A DNA stretch of 64,000 bases from Clostridia bacterium. GTDB lineage: Bacteria; Bacillota; Clostridia; Oscillospirales; CAG-272. A program made the position numbers and the translations under genes. How positions within the stretch are numbered: position 1 is the first letter of the stretch; every line of letters starts with the position of its first letter. The stretch is from NCBI GenBank assembly GCA_017613355.1, contig JAGAEA010000032.1, positions 26,752 to 90,751 of the forward strand, written 5' to 3'. The notes beneath the pieces were generated by a model. It made no database searches and had not been told where the DNA came from. It was given only the letters and a program-made list of their open reading frames with translations. This document shows positions 18,812 to 27,979 of this stretch, one piece after another.

Positions 18812-20869
18812 TTATAAATCGGAACGAAGTGAAATTTCCAGAAGTCTTGCGGCGGGACCTTCGGAGAAGCGAACCGTCAGCAGATTTCCCGAAAGCGCGG
18901 CGTCCGTCGGCTCCGATGCGGGGTAGCCTGCCCGCACCTCGATCGGATGCAATTCCGATAAAGGAATGGAGATTTCTTGAGACCCACTTTGCAGATTCCA
19001 GACTGCCAGGTAAAGTTTTTCATTGCTCAAAAGTCCGGTGGCAACGGCGGGGGCTCCGAATCTGGCGTACCCCAGCGGCAAATACGGCACGGCTTTTTCC
19101 CGGATCGGGGCAAACGCGATTGAATATCGGATTGCCTCGGTGAGCAGGGCAAATTCCCGTTCGTTCAATAATTTCAGATCGGACGCGAGGTGCATTCGCC
19201 CCAAAATTGCGTTTACGCCGTTCAGGATCACCTTTTCGTGCCCGATGATCGGTTGCTTTGCCGGGGTGTCCGCCGGGTAGCACCAGATTCCCGCCTGCTC
19301 CGGTAAAACCGCTGTGAAAAGGTTGCCTACAATGTAAGGATAGAGTTCGCAACGCGTCTGATCGGAAGACGACGTCAGCGCAAAGCGGGAAAGCGTCTTG
19401 TAATCCGCCCGCATTCCTCCGCTGGCGCAGGTTTCAAACAGGACGTGCGGGAAACGGTTGGTCTGCTCCTCCACCCATGAGAGAAACGCTGCCGCATGGT
19501 CTTCCAACCCCGCTCCCGCGCTGAACGCGTCCCGGTCGGTCCCGATGCCGCAATCCTGATTGTAGTCGATTTTGATGTACTCGGCTCCGTAATCTTCCAC
19601 CATCCGACGGATCGTTTCGGAAAGATAGTTTCTGACCTTGCGGCTGCGAAAATCCAACAGATACCGTCCCAACTCGCAAATCCGCTTGCCGCGGCGTTGC
19701 AGGAAGCAATCGTCGTCGTAATACTCCAGCATCTCCGCGCAATCCTGCCCAACGACTTCCGGCTCGATCCAAAGTCCCGGTTTCATACCGTAGGATCGAA
19801 TATACTCCGCAACGTGCCGGATCCCGCTTGGAAATTTCGTTCTGCTTTCCTTCCACGCTCCGACGTGGCGGTAAATGACCTTTGCGCTGACGTCGTCATG
19901 CCATCCGCAGTCGATCACGTAATACGCCGCTCCCGTTTTCGCAACAACGGGTACCGTTTCCATGGTTTTCTCTTCGGAAGGCGCGTCCCAGCGCAGGTGC
20001 ATATACTCGTTAAAAATCACCGGCTGTTTTTCATCGCAGGCAAATTTTTTTCTGCAAAGCCGGCGGTAAGCCGTCATCTCCACCAGCACGCCGTGGTAGG
20101 AATCGGAATACGCCAACGCGACTGCCGGCGTCCGATACGTTTCTCCCGGCAGCAAAATCCGAACCCAGCTGTGATACCGTTCCGTACCCCCGCTCAGATT
20201 GAGGTAACACATCTCCTGTTGAATGCCGACCTCGTAGTACCAGTCGTGATTGCTTTCGATCTGAAACATCAGAAACGACTGATTTGCGGCGTCCTCCAGA
20301 ATCCCCTGAGGCAATTGTTCTTTGGTGGACCAACTTCCCACGTTCGCAAACCGAAAAGAGGACGACGCATTTGCAATCCCGGCATCGGCAAAAGATCTTC
20401 GTTCCCCTCTGCACTCCGCATGCTGCGCGGTGAGAAACCGATGAAAAAACAGGTCCTTCCGATAATCCCGTCCGGTTCCGCCGAACCCTTGCAAAATAAA
20501 GGAGGAGACAAACGGGATCTGCAACGCATTGGGCGTCAGGTTGGTAATTTCGGTCAATATGCGGATCGTTCCTGTCCCCTCAAACGCCTGAAAAACGGTC
20601 GTGCAACGTAGCCGCAGGTTCTCCTGAATAATGGTTAGAAAATCTTTTTCTGATTTATGGGAAATATAGCGAAGAGAATCCGTTTCGCTCATGTTGATCA
20701 GTTTATGGGCACCGTCACCCGGATGATTCTCACCCAACACTTGAATCTCGGTAAAGCGCAAATACTTCTCCCTCTCATTCGGACAGACGATTCCGAAACC
20801 TTTTTTCAGAATAACCGTACCGTTGTCCAAAACCTCAAATTGAAGATTCTGAAACGAAAACAAAAGCAT
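18812..20869 (-). CDS. GH36 alpha-galactosidase
   Basis: 685 aa. The blocks YVIDCGWHDD, EYIKIDYNQD and ETCASGGMRADY correspond to GH36 catalytic-region motifs. Confidence 0.8.
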   Translation of the reverse strand: MLLFSFQNLQFEVLDNGTVILKKGFGIVCPNEREKYLRFTEIQVLGENHPGDGAHKLINMSETDSLRYISHKSEKDFLTIIQENLRLRCTTVFQAFEGTGTIRILTEITNLTPNALQIPFVSSFILQGFGGTGRDYRKDLFFHRFLTAQHAECRGERRSFADAGIANASSSFRFANVGSWSTKEQLPQGILEDAANQSFLMFQIESNHDWYYEVGIQQEMCYLNLSGGTERYHSWVRILLPGETYRTPAVALAYSDSYHGVLVEMTAYRRLCRKKFACDEKQPVIFNEYMHLRWDAPSEEKTMETVPVVAKTGAAYYVIDCGWHDDVSAKVIYRHVGAWKESRTKFPSGIRHVAEYIRSYGMKPGLWIEPEVVGQDCAEMLEYYDDDCFLQRRGKRICELGRYLLDFRSRKVRNYLSETIRRMVEDYGAEYIKIDYNQDCGIGTDRDAFSAGAGLEDHAAAFLSWVEEQTNRFPHVLFETCASGGMRADYKTLSRFALTSSSDQTRCELYPYIVGNLFTAVLPEQAGIWCYPADTPAKQPIIGHEKVILNGVNAILGRMHLASDLKLLNEREFALLTEAIRYSIAFAPIREKAVPYLPLGYARFGAPAVATGLLSNEKLYLAVWNLQSGSQEISIPLSELHPIEVRAGYPASEPTDAALSGNLLTVRFSEGPAARLLEISLRSDL

Positions 20870-21398
20870 ATTCTTTACCTTCCATCAGGCAAAATTACAC
20901 TATAATTATAACACATAACCCGGAAAATTTTAATTGATATTTTTTTTCATTTCTTTCAAAATAATGTGTTTTTTAACCAACATTACAAAACAATCCAAAA
21001 AAAACCGTCTTAAAACTGTGTTTTTTCAAAATAAAAAAACGGAATTATAGTGTCGGAAGGATTCATTCCAACAGGGATAATTTATGCTCATATCTCCGGT
21101 GAAATTCTGTTCATTTCCGGCGATTGATTGTCTGCAGGAGAAACTGCCTGGCTAATCTTTTTTTTGGAAAATTGTCAGACAACGGATTTGACAGGATCTT
21201 TGCCGCTTGATCCGTCGGACACGCCTGGTTTGTGCTTTTTAGGGGGGTCCACTCCATATTTCTTTCAAAAAACAAATTCATTTATGCAGTTCATCTTTCG
21301 GTAAAGATTGCTTTTTTGCAAGTGCTATTTTTGTAAAAAATCTATGCTTTTTGTTTGAAACCGAAAAAAAAAACATTTCTTTTTGATTTCAAAAGTTG

Positions 21399-21404
21399 TA
21401 TAAT
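21399..21404 (+). promoter_or_regulatory. Putative -10 element for the GH42-like/araM-like operon
   Basis: TATAAT lies 44 nt upstream of the ATG at 21448. The -35 element is weak. Confidence 0.35.
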
Positions 21405-21447
21405 GATAAATAAATAAATCTATTGTGTCTGCAAAAGGAGAAGTCAA

Positions 21448-22515
21448 ATGAACAGAACGCTTAAACTTGGAGTAGCATATCACGGAAACCGGATTCTGCG
21501 GCACGTGGAAGAAGATATGACGGATATTGTCAAGCATCACATGAACACCGTCGTTCATATGTACACGCACAATGATATGGAACGACATCCGAACGTGATG
21601 AAGGACATTTTCTCCATCTCCGAGGATCTCGGTTTGGAAGTTTGGGTGGACAACTGGGGCATCGACTGCGGACCCGGAGATAAATCTCATTTCACCGCTT
21701 TACATCCCGAAGCAAAAATGGTATTCAAAGACGGCACACCCGCACCCCTGAAACCCTGTTTCAACCATCCCGCTTTTCGTTCCTTTACGAAAGAATGGGT
21801 AGATGCCGTGCGGGATGCAGGTGGAAAAATTCTGTTTTGGGATGAACCGGTATTCGCCGCCGGCAAGGATCATGGAGATGCTTGTTTCTGCCCGGTTTGC
21901 CAAAAGCTGTTTGAAGAGCAGTACAATCATTCCATGACGGACGCAACCGAAGCGGAACTTCATGATTTCCGCATTTGGTCGTGTACGGATTATTTTCGCT
22001 TTGCCACAGACTATGCCCACCAGTTCGGAATGACGAACACCGGATGTGTAATCGTCAGTTCCAAACCCGGATTCGGCAACGACCTCTCCGAAGCCTTGAT
22101 CAAATTGCCCAATTTTGACAATGTCGGCTGTGATCCCTATTGGGCTACGCCCAAAAATCCGGATATTTCGGCAAAAGAGATTTACGACAAAGTTTACACC
22201 AAAGCAAAGCGCATCATTGATTCTGATCGTGCGCTCGGGAAAGATCACAACCTCTGGCTGCAGGGACACGCGATCCCGAAAGGAAGAGAACACGAACTGT
22301 GGATCGCCGCCAACGCGATGTATGACGCGGGAGCCAGAACCATTCTGACCTGGTCCTTCCGCGGAGGCGAACCGAACGACTACCGTTGCGAATGCTGTGA
22401 GATGGCATGGGATATCACGGGGCAGATCATGGCTGCATTACAGAACAAATATTTCAATGACACGGTTGAAGAAATCAGAAAAAACAATCTCATCGATTTT
22501 AATAACAAAATCTGA
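21448..22515 (+). CDS. Single-domain GH42-like TIM-barrel glycoside hydrolase-like protein
   Basis: It has an AAAGGAGAAG RBS. The PCFNHP...FWDEP...CFCPVCQKLFEEQY arrangement resembles the GH42 catalytic domain with its Cys-cluster metal site. The assignment is tentative. Confidence 0.4.
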   Translation: MNRTLKLGVAYHGNRILRHVEEDMTDIVKHHMNTVVHMYTHNDMERHPNVMKDIFSISEDLGLEVWVDNWGIDCGPGDKSHFTALHPEAKMVFKDGTPAPLKPCFNHPAFRSFTKEWVDAVRDAGGKILFWDEPVFAAGKDHGDACFCPVCQKLFEEQYNHSMTDATEAELHDFRIWSCTDYFRFATDYAHQFGMTNTGCVIVSSKPGFGNDLSEALIKLPNFDNVGCDPYWATPKNPDISAKEIYDKVYTKAKRIIDSDRALGKDHNLWLQGHAIPKGREHELWIAANAMYDAGARTILTWSFRGGEPNDYRCECCEMAWDITGQIMAALQNKYFNDTVEEIRKNNLIDFNNKI

Positions 22516-22629
22516 AATAGTGAGCAATTCCGCGGGAAAGGGGTCGTTAACCATTTCCCTTTGATCCGGATTTTCGGAGTATCGAAAAAAGTTGCAAAAC
22601 TGAATACAAATCCTATTGGAGATTAAAAT

Positions 22630-23895
22630 ATGGAAATCCGAAAATTTCTGAAAGGAAACGATCACTGCCCCTGCGGAAGATCGCATTCCTGCGACATTCG
22701 GTTTGTGGAGATCGGCGACGGTGTGCTTGCCAAACTGGGCGAGATCTGCTCTGATTTTTCACGCATCGTTCTGGTGGCGGACGGAAATACCGATCCGCTC
22801 TGCGGCAAGGAAGTTCGCGCCGCGCTCGGAGGAAAGATCGTCGGAGAACAGATCTTCGGCAAAGAGTTGGTGGTCCCCGATGAAAGATCGGTAGCGATGA
22901 TCGAAGCAAAAATGCCTGCCGACACCGATCTGCTGCTCGGCATCGGTTCCGGCGTGATCAACGACCTCTGCAAATACACGTCCCACGCGCATCATATCCG
23001 CTACGTGATCGTTGCCACGGCTCCCTCGATGGACGGTTACGCTTCGGTTGGCGCCGCGATGATCCTCGGCGGAATGAAGGTGACCACCACCGCGTTCCCG
23101 CCCTTTGCGATCGTTTCCGAAAGCCGCGTGCTGACCACCGCGCCGATGGATATGATCCGTTCCGGCTACGGCGATATCATCGGAAAATATTCCTGCCTAA
23201 ACGATTGGAAACTTGCCCGTCTGATCCGTGGAGAATACTTCTGCCAATCGGTTTACGACACGGTGATGGATTCGGTCCGCGAAACCGAGCGCAGCGCCGC
23301 CGCCCTGCTCGCACGTGATCCCGACGCGCTTCGTGATCTGATGTCCGCGCTGGTTTGCGTCGGCGTGATGATGAGCTACGTCGGAAACTCGCGCCCCGCT
23401 TCCGGAAGCGAACACCACCTCGCGCACTTCTTTGAGATCACCGGTCTGCTCGACGACAAGCCCTATTATCTGCACGGGATCGACGTGCTTTACGGCGCAA
23501 ACGTGACCGCCGCGCTCCGCGAGCGCGTTGCCGCCGCACAGCCGCCCTTTGATTCGCCCGTACACGACCGCGCCGCGTGGGAAAACGCGATCCGCCGCAT
23601 TTACGGAAAGATTGCCGACAGCGTGATCTCCCTGCAGGAAAAAGTGGGATTTTACCGCGATCTAGAAAAGGATCTCGGCGTGATCTCGGCAAATTGGGAT
23701 GACGTCAAATCCATTCTGCGGGAAGCTCCCGGCGCGGCCCGTATGAAGGAACTGACCGAAGCCATCGGGTTGCATCTGGATGATTTCCGCGCCTTTTACG
23801 GTGAAAAGAAGCTGGATGACGCGGTGCGCTACGCGAAGGATCTGAAAGACCGCTACACCGTGCTTTGGATCAGCTACGCGCTCGGAATTCATTGA
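22630..23895 (+). CDS. sn-glycerol-1-phosphate dehydrogenase (AraM/EgsA-like, iron-dependent ADH superfamily)
   Basis: 421 aa with the motifs GIGSGVINDLCKY, PSMDGYAS and SGSEHHLAHFFE. Confidence 0.7.
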   Translation: MEIRKFLKGNDHCPCGRSHSCDIRFVEIGDGVLAKLGEICSDFSRIVLVADGNTDPLCGKEVRAALGGKIVGEQIFGKELVVPDERSVAMIEAKMPADTDLLLGIGSGVINDLCKYTSHAHHIRYVIVATAPSMDGYASVGAAMILGGMKVTTTAFPPFAIVSESRVLTTAPMDMIRSGYGDIIGKYSCLNDWKLARLIRGEYFCQSVYDTVMDSVRETERSAAALLARDPDALRDLMSALVCVGVMMSYVGNSRPASGSEHHLAHFFEITGLLDDKPYYLHGIDVLYGANVTAALRERVAAAQPPFDSPVHDRAAWENAIRRIYGKIADSVISLQEKVGFYRDLEKDLGVISANWDDVKSILREAPGAARMKELTEAIGLHLDDFRAFYGEKKLDDAVRYAKDLKDRYTVLWISYALGIH

Positions 23896-23908
23896 AGGAG
23901 TGAAAATC

Positions 23909-24730
23909 ATGCGATTTCAAAATCCCGATCTATCGGTCATCCGCAATAAAAAGCTGTTCATTTTCGATATGGACGGCACCATTTATCTCGGAAATCAGGT
24001 TTTTCCGTTCGCGATCCGTTTCATCAAAAATCTGCGGGCAAACGGGAAAAAAGTCCTGTTTTTCACCAACAACGCGTCACACTCTCCTGCTTTCTATCTG
24101 GAAAAGCTGACGCGGCTGGGATTTGAACCGACGCGGGAAGAGATCCTGACTTCCGGTGACGTGACCATTGAATACCTGAAACGCCATCACACCGGAAAAT
24201 CGGTTTATCTGGTGGGAACGCCGGATCTGGAAAACAGCTTCCGGGAAAGCGGGATCCCGCTTTTGAAGGGAGATGAAGCGCGTGCGGATATCGTTGTCAC
24301 CAGCTTTGATACCACGCTGACCTATCAAAAGCTTGACAACGCCTGCCGTCTGATCCGCGGCGGCGCACAGTATTTCAGCACACACCCGGATTTCAACTGC
24401 CCCACCGAAACCGGCTTCATCCCGGACAGCGGGGCCATTGCCGCATTCGTGACCGCCTCGACCGGAAAGACGCCGACTTACTTCGGCAAGCCATACCCCG
24501 AAACGGTGCAGATGATCGGCGAAGTGACCGGATTCGATCGCTCCGAAATGTGCATTTTCGGAGATCGGCTCTACACCGATATTGCCATCGGCAAACGGCA
24601 CGGCGTGACCGCTGTTCTGGTCCTCTCCGGGGAAACACAACCCGCTGACGTGAAAGCCGCCGCTCCCGCCGACAAACCCGATTTTGTTTTTCCCTCGCTG
24701 GATGACGTGGATCGCGGCATTTATTGTTGA
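23909..24730 (+). CDS. HAD-IIA family sugar phosphatase (AraL/NagD-like)
   Basis: It has the FIFDMDGTIY motif I and FGDRLYTDI motif. A GAAGGAG RBS lies 8 nt before the ATG at 23909; the track start at 23900 is a GTG abutting the RBS. Confidence 0.75.
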   Translation: MRFQNPDLSVIRNKKLFIFDMDGTIYLGNQVFPFAIRFIKNLRANGKKVLFFTNNASHSPAFYLEKLTRLGFEPTREEILTSGDVTIEYLKRHHTGKSVYLVGTPDLENSFRESGIPLLKGDEARADIVVTSFDTTLTYQKLDNACRLIRGGAQYFSTHPDFNCPTETGFIPDSGAIAAFVTASTGKTPTYFGKPYPETVQMIGEVTGFDRSEMCIFGDRLYTDIAIGKRHGVTAVLVLSGETQPADVKAAAPADKPDFVFPSLDDVDRGIYC

Positions 24731-24842
24731 TCCATATCGGATACAAACGTGAATCATTCTGATTTTTCCTCTTTCGAGTTTGAAAAAGAGAATATAAGTT
24801 TGAAATAAACAGACTTTTGCCTACCAAAAGGAAGGGTATCCG

Positions 24843-25745
24843 ATGATTTACAAAATAAAAAAGGGCGGTCTTTCGATTCAAGTCAAAGATGTCGGTGCAG
24901 AGTTGCTATCGGTTATGAGAAACGGTTGCGAGTTCCTTTGGCAGGGCGATCCTGTTTATTGGGCAGACCGCGCTCCCGTGTTATTCCCGATTTGCGGTCG
25001 GCTATACGGTGGACATTATACTTACCGTGGCACCACATATGAAATACCGAGCAACGGTTTTGCACAGTTTGAAACTTTTCGGCTCTCGGAGCGAAAGGAT
25101 GATCGTGTAACCCTTGTGTTGGATTCTAACGAGAATACGCGGAGTTGCTATCCGTTTGATTTTTGCCTTTCCATTACCTATCGCCTAACCGAGCGTATGT
25201 TGGAGGTTGCCTGCCATGTGGAAAACAGAGGAGCGGAAACGCTTCTGTTTGCTTTTGGAGCGCATCCCGGGTTCCGCGTACCATTGGCAGCCGGCACCGA
25301 GTTTTCGGATTACAGCCTTGTGTTTCCTGCCGCTTCCGATCTGCACCTTTTGAATTTCACGGATACCGGTTTTGATACGGGAACTCAAACCCCCTACCCA
25401 TTAAAAGACGGTAAACAACTTTCGCTGCGCCATAGTCTGTTCGATATAGACTCGCTTTTTTTCGAGGGGAGCGGTGGAGTGGTGACTCTTTGCTCTGAGA
25501 AAACGGGACATCGCCTTTCGGTACACTATCCCGATTTCCCGTATCTCGGTATCTGGCATGCACCCAGAACCCAAGCGCCCTATCTCTGCATAGAACCATG
25601 GGCGGGATTGCCGTCTATAAATGGCAAGATTGACGATTTTGAAGAAAAAAAGCCAATGTTTCACCTCGCGGCGAACGAGACCAAAACGCTGTTTTATGCC
25701 ATTGAAGTGATTGCCCCAATAGAAAAGGATGGAGCAACGAATTAA
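24843..25745 (+). CDS. Aldose 1-epimerase (mutarotase) family protein
   Basis: 300 aa with the blocks VLFPICGRL, GAHPGF and YLCIEPW. Confidence 0.75.
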   Translation: MIYKIKKGGLSIQVKDVGAELLSVMRNGCEFLWQGDPVYWADRAPVLFPICGRLYGGHYTYRGTTYEIPSNGFAQFETFRLSERKDDRVTLVLDSNENTRSCYPFDFCLSITYRLTERMLEVACHVENRGAETLLFAFGAHPGFRVPLAAGTEFSDYSLVFPAASDLHLLNFTDTGFDTGTQTPYPLKDGKQLSLRHSLFDIDSLFFEGSGGVVTLCSEKTGHRLSVHYPDFPYLGIWHAPRTQAPYLCIEPWAGLPSINGKIDDFEEKKPMFHLAANETKTLFYAIEVIAPIEKDGATN

Positions 25746-25869
25746 AGATATTTTCATACCGTATAGTCGTTTTTCCATGTTTTCTCTGCTTTCTATATCC
25801 TTTTTCTCTTGTTAAGTTCCCCTTGTGTATCCATCGTGAACCCACCCATTATCCACCGAATGGGCAGAG

Positions 25870-26160
25870 TTATCCCTTGGTTGTGCCGGTATGAATTTTT
25901 GAGCCTTTTACCGTGAACAGGAGCGAGCTATTTGCTCCTGTTTTTCGATATCTCGGTTCGGTTATGAGGTATCCTCCACGCTTCAAATCCTCAATCGCAC
26001 GCCGGACTGTGGATTTGGACATGGACAGGTCTTTTGCGATCCGCCTCTCGGACGGCCAACATTGTCCCTGCGCGTTCGCTCTCTGCGTCAGGTACAGATA
26101 CACCGTTACCGCGCGGCTCGGCAGGTGGTCACTGTAGATGCTTTCAAACCAATTACTCAC
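25870..26160 (-). CDS. Winged-helix/HTH DNA-binding protein
   Basis: 96 aa with ERRIAKDLSMSKSTVRRAIEDLKRGGYL. Its GTG start overlaps the VirD4 stop as GTGA. Confidence 0.65.
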   Translation of the reverse strand: MSNWFESIYSDHLPSRAVTVYLYLTQRANAQGQCWPSERRIAKDLSMSKSTVRRAIEDLKRGGYLITEPRYRKTGANSSLLFTVKGSKIHTGTTKG

Positions 26161-27968
26161 CCCGTTTGCCCTTCTTCCTGTTTCTTCAGCGCGGTTTTGA
26201 GCGGTTTGTGAGGCTGTTTTACCATCGGCATATCCAATCGGACGCTTCCGGGTGGAATATCATTTTCCGGCTCCTTCGGCTGTTCTTTCGGCTTTGGAGG
26301 ATACTTTTCCTTGATTGCTTCGGTCAACGAGTCTTTGTCGGCATACCGCACGGTGCTGTTGTCCCGGAGAGGTACTTCGTAGGGCTTTTCTTCAAATGCA
26401 ATGCCCCACTTGAAATAGAGTTTCAGTTTTACCTTCATCGGGTAGAAGCCCGTTTTCGTGACAATGAAGGTTCCTTTCGGCAGGGCTTTCAGCTCATCCG
26501 GGGTCATCAGCGCGCGCTCCATCATCTGTAAGGAACGCGTCGGATCATTCCGGCTTTGGCTGACCGAACCGGACAGCACCGTTCGGTTCCCCATGGCTTT
26601 GGACAGTACCTGCGCCGACTCGGAGTTGGGAGCAAACCCGCCGAAGATCGTCAACTGCGTGTTGTCGACAATGATCTCCGCACCTTCGTTCCCGTAGTTC
26701 TTTTTGAGCTGTGCGAAAGACTGAATAATCGGTACCATGGAGATCCTTCTGGAACGCGACGCCGAGAACATCATCTCAGCGGATTCGATCTTCGGAAGCG
26801 TTCCGAACTCGTCGCAATAGAATACGACCCTGTTTTGCAGTTTCCCGCCGTTTTCATCGGCAACCGCAAGGATTTCACGGTACAGTTGCTGGATCAGGAG
26901 GGATACCATGAAATACTTGCTGCTGTCTTCTTCCGGCATGATGACAAAGATCGCCGATTTCTTCCGGCAAAACTGCTCCGCATCGATCTCGGTATCGTTA
27001 CAGAGGATGGTTTCGAGTTCCGAATCGAGGAAAGCGTTTAACCGAGAAAGCGCTGTGGACATGACAGATGCCATGCTCTGCTCGGCGGTATTGAGGGCTG
27101 CCCCGGCGAACCATTTGGCTTTGTGATCCGGCGGAAGTTGTTCCATCAGGGCTTGGAACTGATTTTTCTTGCCGGTCTTGTTGGGAGCCAACAGTTCCTG
27201 GATGATCTTGAAAACCGACACGATATGCCGTTCTTCCGGTTTACAGAACTCTGCTACCAACAGGATGGAAGCGGTGAGCAATCCTTCAGCTGCATCGTAG
27301 AAGTAGGCGTTCTGCCCGAAGTTGCTTCCTTCCATACCGGAGAGGATAATGGTCTTGGCAATGATCTTGGCATATTTCTCGGCTTTGGCTTTGTAAGCGA
27401 CCGCACCGGTATCTTTATAGAAGTCCATATACTTGTTCACAAGATGTAAAAGGTTATTGCCGTGAGACCGCATGGGATTCCGCAGGTCGATGACCGAGAT
27501 CTTGTACCCGTAGTATTTCGTAGCAATCGAGCCATAGTTGCGAAGCAGATCTCCCTTGGTATCGGTCGTCAGGAAGGACATACCGGACGCACAGGCATAT
27601 TCAATGTTCGGATAGAGCCAATACGCGGTCTTGCCAACGCCTGCCGCGCCGATCATCATACAGTGAACGTCACCCGTATCCACGAGTGCAACGGTTTTGT
27701 TGCCTTGGCTTTCACACCCGACCACGATCCCTTGCTCAGCAGGTCTGGTATCCGGATCGGATCGCCATTCCTGCGGGGTGAACGGAATATGCCGGTAAAC
27801 CTTGCGGATCTCCCGTTCGCTCGCCCATCTTGCCGTCCCGTGCTGTCCGTTGCCTGCTGTCTTATTTTTGATCCCGCGTAGGGAGTACAGATAGGACAAC
27901 GCGCCGACCAAAACAAAAAAGCCGCCCATACAAGCGACCACAATGATTAAGATTCCGATATTTGGCAT
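26157..27968 (-). CDS. Type IV secretion coupling protein (VirD4/TraG family)
   Basis: It has N-terminal transmembrane segments, the Walker A motif GAAGVGKT and TraG/TraD-like length. An AAAGGAG RBS precedes the ATG at 27968. Confidence 0.85.
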   Translation of the reverse strand: MPNIGILIIVVACMGGFFVLVGALSYLYSLRGIKNKTAGNGQHGTARWASEREIRKVYRHIPFTPQEWRSDPDTRPAEQGIVVGCESQGNKTVALVDTGDVHCMMIGAAGVGKTAYWLYPNIEYACASGMSFLTTDTKGDLLRNYGSIATKYYGYKISVIDLRNPMRSHGNNLLHLVNKYMDFYKDTGAVAYKAKAEKYAKIIAKTIILSGMEGSNFGQNAYFYDAAEGLLTASILLVAEFCKPEERHIVSVFKIIQELLAPNKTGKKNQFQALMEQLPPDHKAKWFAGAALNTAEQSMASVMSTALSRLNAFLDSELETILCNDTEIDAEQFCRKKSAIFVIMPEEDSSKYFMVSLLIQQLYREILAVADENGGKLQNRVVFYCDEFGTLPKIESAEMMFSASRSRRISMVPIIQSFAQLKKNYGNEGAEIIVDNTQLTIFGGFAPNSESAQVLSKAMGNRTVLSGSVSQSRNDPTRSLQMMERALMTPDELKALPKGTFIVTKTGFYPMKVKLKLYFKWGIAFEEKPYEVPLRDNSTVRYADKDSLTEAIKEKYPPKPKEQPKEPENDIPPGSVRLDMPMVKQPHKPLKTALKKQEEGQTG

Positions 27969-27979
27969 AGATACTCCTT

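Noticed and set aside
21325-21690. 121-aa minus-strand ORF spanning the promoter and 5' end of the GH42-like gene.
   Set aside because: It is antisense to a gene with a strong RBS and has an AT-rich, low-complexity N-terminus, so it is not credible.
25831-25856. Short hairpin CCCATT-n8-AATGGG downstream of the HTH gene, considered as a terminator or att core.
   Set aside because: The stem is only 6 bp, there is no U-tract, and no second copy is available in the window to support an att repeat.
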